This document shows, one piece after another, positions 59,431-64,000 of a stretch of 64,000 nucleotides of DNA. Positions within the stretch are counted from its first letter, which is position 1. Every line of letters starts with the position of its first letter. The translations under genes were made by a program, and so were the position numbers. The stretch is from Octopus sinensis. Lineage: Eukaryota. The stretch spans positions 129,332,001 to 129,396,000 of the forward strand of contig NC_043000.1 of the NCBI RefSeq assembly GCF_006345805.1. The letters are read 5' to 3'. The notes below the pieces were generated by a model. It ran no database searches, was not told the DNA's origin, and saw nothing but the letters and a program-made list of their open reading frames with translations.

Positions 59431-60126
59431 TACTAAAGGCCTGAAATCTTGGGGGAGAGGACTAGTCGATCACGTCGACCCCAGTGTTTCACTAGTACTT
59501 CATTTATCGACTCCGAAAGAACGAAAGACAAAGTTGACCTCAGCAGAATTTGAACACGGAACGTGAAGACGGGCGAAATGCCGCTAAGCATTTTGCCCGG
59601 CGTCCTAACGTTTCTTATTTCTTTATTGTCCAAAAGGGGTTAAACACAAAGGGAACAAACAAGGACAGACAAAGGGATTAAGTCGATTACATCGACCCCA
59701 GTGCGTAACTGGTACTTAATTTATCGACCCCGGAAGGATGAAAGGCAACGTCGACCTCGGCGGAATTTGAACTCAGAACGTAACGGCAGACGGAATATCT
59801 ATTTCTTTACTACCGTGCGTAACTGGTACTTATTTTATCGACCCCGAAAGGATGAAAGGCAAAGTCGACCTCGGCGGAATTTGAACTCAGAACGTAAAGA
59901 CAGACGAAATACCCATTTCTTTACTACCCACAAGGGACTACACACAGAGGGAACAAACAAGTACAGACAAACGGATTAAGTCGATTATATCGACCCCAGT
60001 GCGTAAATGGTACTTATTTAATCGACCTCCGAAAGGATGAAAGGCAACGTCAACCTCGGCGGAATTTGAACTCAGAACGTAACGGCAGACGAAATACCGC
60101 TAACATTTCTGTCAGCTCGCCGCCTT
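59431..60126 (-). mobile_element. four-unit head-to-tail array of family C SINEs
   Basis: Junctions at about 59615, 59798 and 59912. One unit is internally deleted. Confidence 0.88.
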
Positions 60127-60606
60127 AACACACTCAAAAATAATAACTAGTATCCATATTAATATAAATCAATGAAGCTTTACTAACCATATTGGTTTCA
60201 AATTTCGGTACAAGGTTAGCAGTTTCGGTGTGTGTGTGTGGGGGGTGTAAATCGATTACATTGATCCTAGACCTCCAGCAGCACTTATTTTATCGATCTC
60301 GAAAGGGTGAACGGCACAGTCGACTCGACAGCATTTGAAATTTGAACATCAAATCAGAAGAAATGCTGCTAAGCGCATTGTCCGGTGCGGTAACGATTTT
60401 ATCATCTCACCACCTTAGCTTTATGAACCATATTAAGCATTTTTATTTGGTGTAAAGATACATATTCATACAAAGCGTATTGTGTAGTTCTAGCGGTGTT
60501 GTAATTGTGCAGAACGGAATGTTTGAGGAAATTCGACTGTGACGGGACTGTTTGCTTGGCAGTGAGAACTGAGATAAATTAAAATTTATATTTATTTATT
60601 ATGTGT

Positions 60607-60974
60607 GGAGGCGCAATGGCCCAGTGGTTAGGGCAGCGGACTCGCGGTCGTAGGATCGCGGTTTCGATTCCCAGACCGGGCGTTGTGAGTGTTTATTGAG
60701 CGAAAACACCTAAAAGCTCCACGAGGCTCCGGCAGGGATGGTGGTGATCCCTGCTGTACTCTTTCACCACAACTTTCTCTCACTCTTACTTCCTGTTACT
60801 GTTGTACCTGTATTTCAAAGGGCCGGCCTAGTCACTCTCTGTGTCACGCTGAATAATCCCGAGAACTACGTTAAGGGTACACGTGTCTGTGGAGTGCTCA
60901 GCCACTTACACGTTAATTTCACGAGCAGGCTGTTCCGTTGATCGGATCAACCGGAACCCTCGTCGTCGTATCCG
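60607..60974 (+). mobile_element. tRNA-derived SINE, family D
   Basis: Matches 57391-57760 with few differences. Confidence 0.88.
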
Positions 60975-61914
60975 AAATATTATTTTGAATGTTTTCTTTT
61001 CCTTTCGTTCATGTAAAGGCAGGTGGTCTAGTTGTTAGTGTGCCGGATCATAAGGACACTCGTACTTGGTTTCCGGACATGTCGGTGCGTTGTGTCGTTG
61101 AGCAACGCATTTCATTTAACATCGATTCAGTCTACTCTGCTGAAAGTGTGTACCTGTCTAGTGCTGATGCACCTCTTAGTCTGTCTGTCTACGGGAGTTA
61201 TATCCTTGATGGATCGAGAGTGGCTGTCATATCAAGTGTGTGTCGCTGTCTGCTTGTGACTATATTGTCATTCAAAAGAAATAGCGAAAGCGTGGTACAA
61301 ACAATCAGGTAGGTGTGCATTTGCCAGTGATGGCTAAGCTTTTCTTGTAAGCATTCCTATTGATCGTAACATCTGCAGACTTTCACAAAGCGATATCAAA
61401 ATGTGCGCAGATAAATTTTGCGAAATACCTATATATACAAGGTGGCCCAAAAGTAGGTTTACAATTATTCAACTATCTCTTTCGCATTCATATATTAACA
61501 GTTTAGATCTTAATTATAAAAAAAAATAATATGAAACCATTATTCTATGCAAATTTAGTTAATTCTGTCAAGCTCCCTTTTCAGTTGACAGTAAGAGACT
61601 ACCTTAACCAAGCCTTTTCACAGCGTTGGTTTCGAAGACGGGGCAGCATCAAATGACCACCACGTTCACCTGACCTGGCTCCAATGGATTTCTTTTTTTG
61701 GGGTGTTGTAAAGAACAAGGTTTATGAGAAGAATCCCGAAACAGTAAATTAACTAAAAAATTACATTTCTGATGCATTCACTGAAATTGGTGGAGATCGG
61801 AATTTGTGCCGCACTGTGTGTCAGAGTGTTCTCAAGAGGTTTGAAGAATGTTGCAATGTTGAAGGAGGACATTTTGAGCATATGATTGTAAGATAGAGAT
61901 TTAATTGTAATAAA

Positions 61915-62104
61915 ATCGTGACGTATATTTGCCATTGAAATATGGCTAACTCCTAAGGGTGGATGCTACTGTAGTTTGTAGCCCCAGGAGCACAGAAAGT
62001 GTGTCTATAGTCAGCTGGAGGCGGTGGCCTCCTGGGGCTACAAACTACAGTAGCATCCACCCTTAGGAGTTAGCCATATTTCAATGGCAAATATACGTCA
62101 CGAT
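61915..62104. repeat. perfect 76-bp inverted repeat with a 38-nt spacer
   Basis: 61915-61990 is the exact reverse complement of 62029-62104. Confidence 0.97.
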
Positions 62105-62212
62105 GTGCTATAGCTACTGTTTATAACTCGCTCTGAGATTTATTATTGTAATAAAATGTTTTAAAAGAAATTTTTTTTGTTTGCGTTTATTTTATGTGGA
62201 CATTTTGTCCTC

Positions 62213-63368
62213 ATGGCAGAGAATATAAAGAAAAATAAGGCTACCGCTTTGGAGTGGGAGATTGTCTCACTCTAGCAGTGGATTGGAGACCTTGAGAGGA
62301 GGACAGTGGTACTACGGACGTATTCTAGGTCGCGTGATGCCATCGCCCACTTCAACAAGGGTATTATTAATAAAGGGTTGGCAAAACGTTTGCCAGCCAA
62401 AAATTATAATGTGACCAGGGGTGTCAAATATGCTACGGTGTGACTTCTTTTTGACACCTCTGAGGAGGCTTGCACTGGGGCAGGTCAGCCCCTGGATGGG
62501 GAGGAGATTTTGTTTCTTCCCACATATCGTGGGAAGAAGGTGATAAAGACCTGGGTATGTGGTCATCCCCCGGGCACCGAAGCGGAGTGGATTGCAGATG
62601 CCATCCGGCGGGGCCTGGCTCTTAAATATAGAGATAAAGCCTGCGGTCGACTGGGAGGGTGCAAAAGCGACTTTGACACTATGGACCCCAGTGGCCGCGG
62701 GTGAAATGACTTGCCCTGACTTTTTGAAAATGGCTGGCTCAAGGTATCCAGTGATACTTGAGGGTCGCCCCCGCCCCCGCCCCTCAATTGTTGCTCACCA
62801 ACAGACGCGCAGGTTGCGGGAGAGGAGGAGGACCCCCGGGTGTGCCGGTGGAGGCCCCGACTTCCGCAACTGTAAGAAGGAAAAGAAGAAAGAAGAGAAA
62901 CGGGAGACGTCGGCGGATGTCGCTGTGCCGCCGACCGAACCCGATGCTCCTCCGGTGGGAGGTGTGCCGCCGGAGCGAGAGGCTCTGTCAGTGGGAATTG
63001 TGCCGCAGGCAGAGCAGGCTGAGGTCCCTCTCCGCGAGGAAGAGGTAAAACCCGTAGTTTTCTACCTCAGGGGAGGGCCTGTCGAGAAATGCTTGGATAG
63101 TCTTCCAGGCCGAGAACAATTTGACTCGGTCTGTATAGACTGTCCAGGCTAGCCTCCGCAGTCAGAAAGAACTACTCGGGGTCATAGTGGCCTGTAATAA
63201 ATAAGATTTTGTTTTCCTCTTTCCGGGCCCCGACCTGCCAATGCAGGCTTTCCTGCAGGCGGCGGGTCATTTGTTTAGGGGCCCCGATGAGGAGGATTGA
63301 TCTTATAGATTGTGTGATGATTGTATGTTGACTATTTTATTGTAAATGATTATTCTGTCGGAAAAAAA
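62213..63368 (+). mobile_element. degenerate ORF1-like coding region plus 3' stem-loop and A-rich end; possible ORF1-only LINE derivative
   Basis: One frame from ATG 62213 runs through two stops into ORF 62510-62704, then shifts into 62559-63152 (YPVILEGRP, basic tract). Stable hairpin at 63225-63284. aaaaaaa at about 63362. Confidence 0.45.
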
Positions 63369-63519
63369 GAACAACGTTTTAGAGAAGGAGAAATTCGGCG
63401 GGCGTTTTTAGCCTTCTCTCATCAATATCATCCTCGTTTCATCATCCACCTCATCAATGTATATGTCCAGCCCGCAAGCTACTCTTTGTAATGCCTTTAT
63501 GGCAAATCTTAATGAAATA

Positions 63520-63660
63520 AAGTAGCTTGCTTACGAACCACATGATTCCGGGTTCAGTCCCACTGCGTGGCACCTTGGGCAAGTGTCTTCTACTATAGCC
63601 TCGGGCCGACCAAAGCCTTGCGAATGGATTTGGTAGACGGAAACTGAAAGAAGCCCGTCG

Positions 63661-63691
<31 letters not shown>

Positions 63692-63912
63692 ATATATGTC
63701 CGTGTGTCTGTGTTTGTCCCCCCCCCCAACATCGCTTGATAACCGATGCTGGTGTGTTTACGTCCCCGTAACTTAGCGGTTCGGCAAAAGAGCTCAATAG
63801 AATAAGTACTAGACTTACAAAGAATAAGTCCTGGGGTCGATTTGCTCGACTAAAGCGGTGATCTAGCATGGCCACAGTCCCATGACTGAAACAAGTAAAT
63901 AAAAGAGTAAAG
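63520..63912 (+). mobile_element. family A SINE, slightly 5'-truncated
   Basis: Matches 1403-1800. Confidence 0.85.
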
Positions 63913-64000
63913 AGAGAGAGATAAAGAGAGTGCCTACGTGATAATTGTAAATCTACTTTTGGGCTACCCTGTATGTGTGTGAGTGAGCGCAGAAATATAA

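Larger units (their letters stand above)
61438..63971 (+). mobile_element. Tc1/mariner remnant with both TIRs, carrying nested insertions
   Basis: ta|caaggtggcccaaaagtaggtttacaattat (61436-61468) and ataattgtaaatctacttttgggctaccctg|ta (63941-63973). Transposase tail PPRSPDLAPMDFFFWG...GGHFEHM at about 61655-61890. Confidence 0.8.

Noticed and set aside
59431-60126. CRISPR-like repeat-spacer array
   Set aside because: The units are whole SINE bodies without unique spacers, the context is eukaryotic, and there are no cas genes.

Overview
Eukaryotic, AT-rich, microsatellite- and transposon-dense DNA. The SINE families and repeat landscape point to an octopod cephalopod (inference). I can support two host genes. 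(1) SNRPD1 (Sm D1) on +, four coding exons over 37263-49337 encoding 118 aa. Its exon 3 lies in a ~1.15 kb tandem duplication whose second copy is frameshifted. (2) An unrecognised gene on - with a single 379-aa coding exon (5951-7090) encoding a His/Phe/Cys-rich, low-complexity protein with three F-[DE]-x-P-C-x-Y-G-G-P-[DN]-H-F repeats. It has a splice acceptor just upstream of its ATG and may share a divergent promoter with SNRPD1. The rest is mobile DNA: a near full-length but lesioned RTE-clade LINE, fragments of RTE, CR1, Tx1/L1, REL-type and Penelope-like retroelements, Tc1/mariner (one with DD36E spacing), MULE, piggyBac-like and Helitron-like remnants, and at least three tRNA-derived SINE families. 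The most notable unannotated signal is a set of minimal type I hammerhead ribozyme motifs sharing a GAAAC-AAUU-GUH junction: one canonical at 19529-19640 (-), an inverted pair at 35195-35536, and a degenerate one at about 30403-30512. There are also several long fold-back hairpins and twin-priming-like inversions. Everything was read by eye; boundaries of degenerate repeats are approximate.
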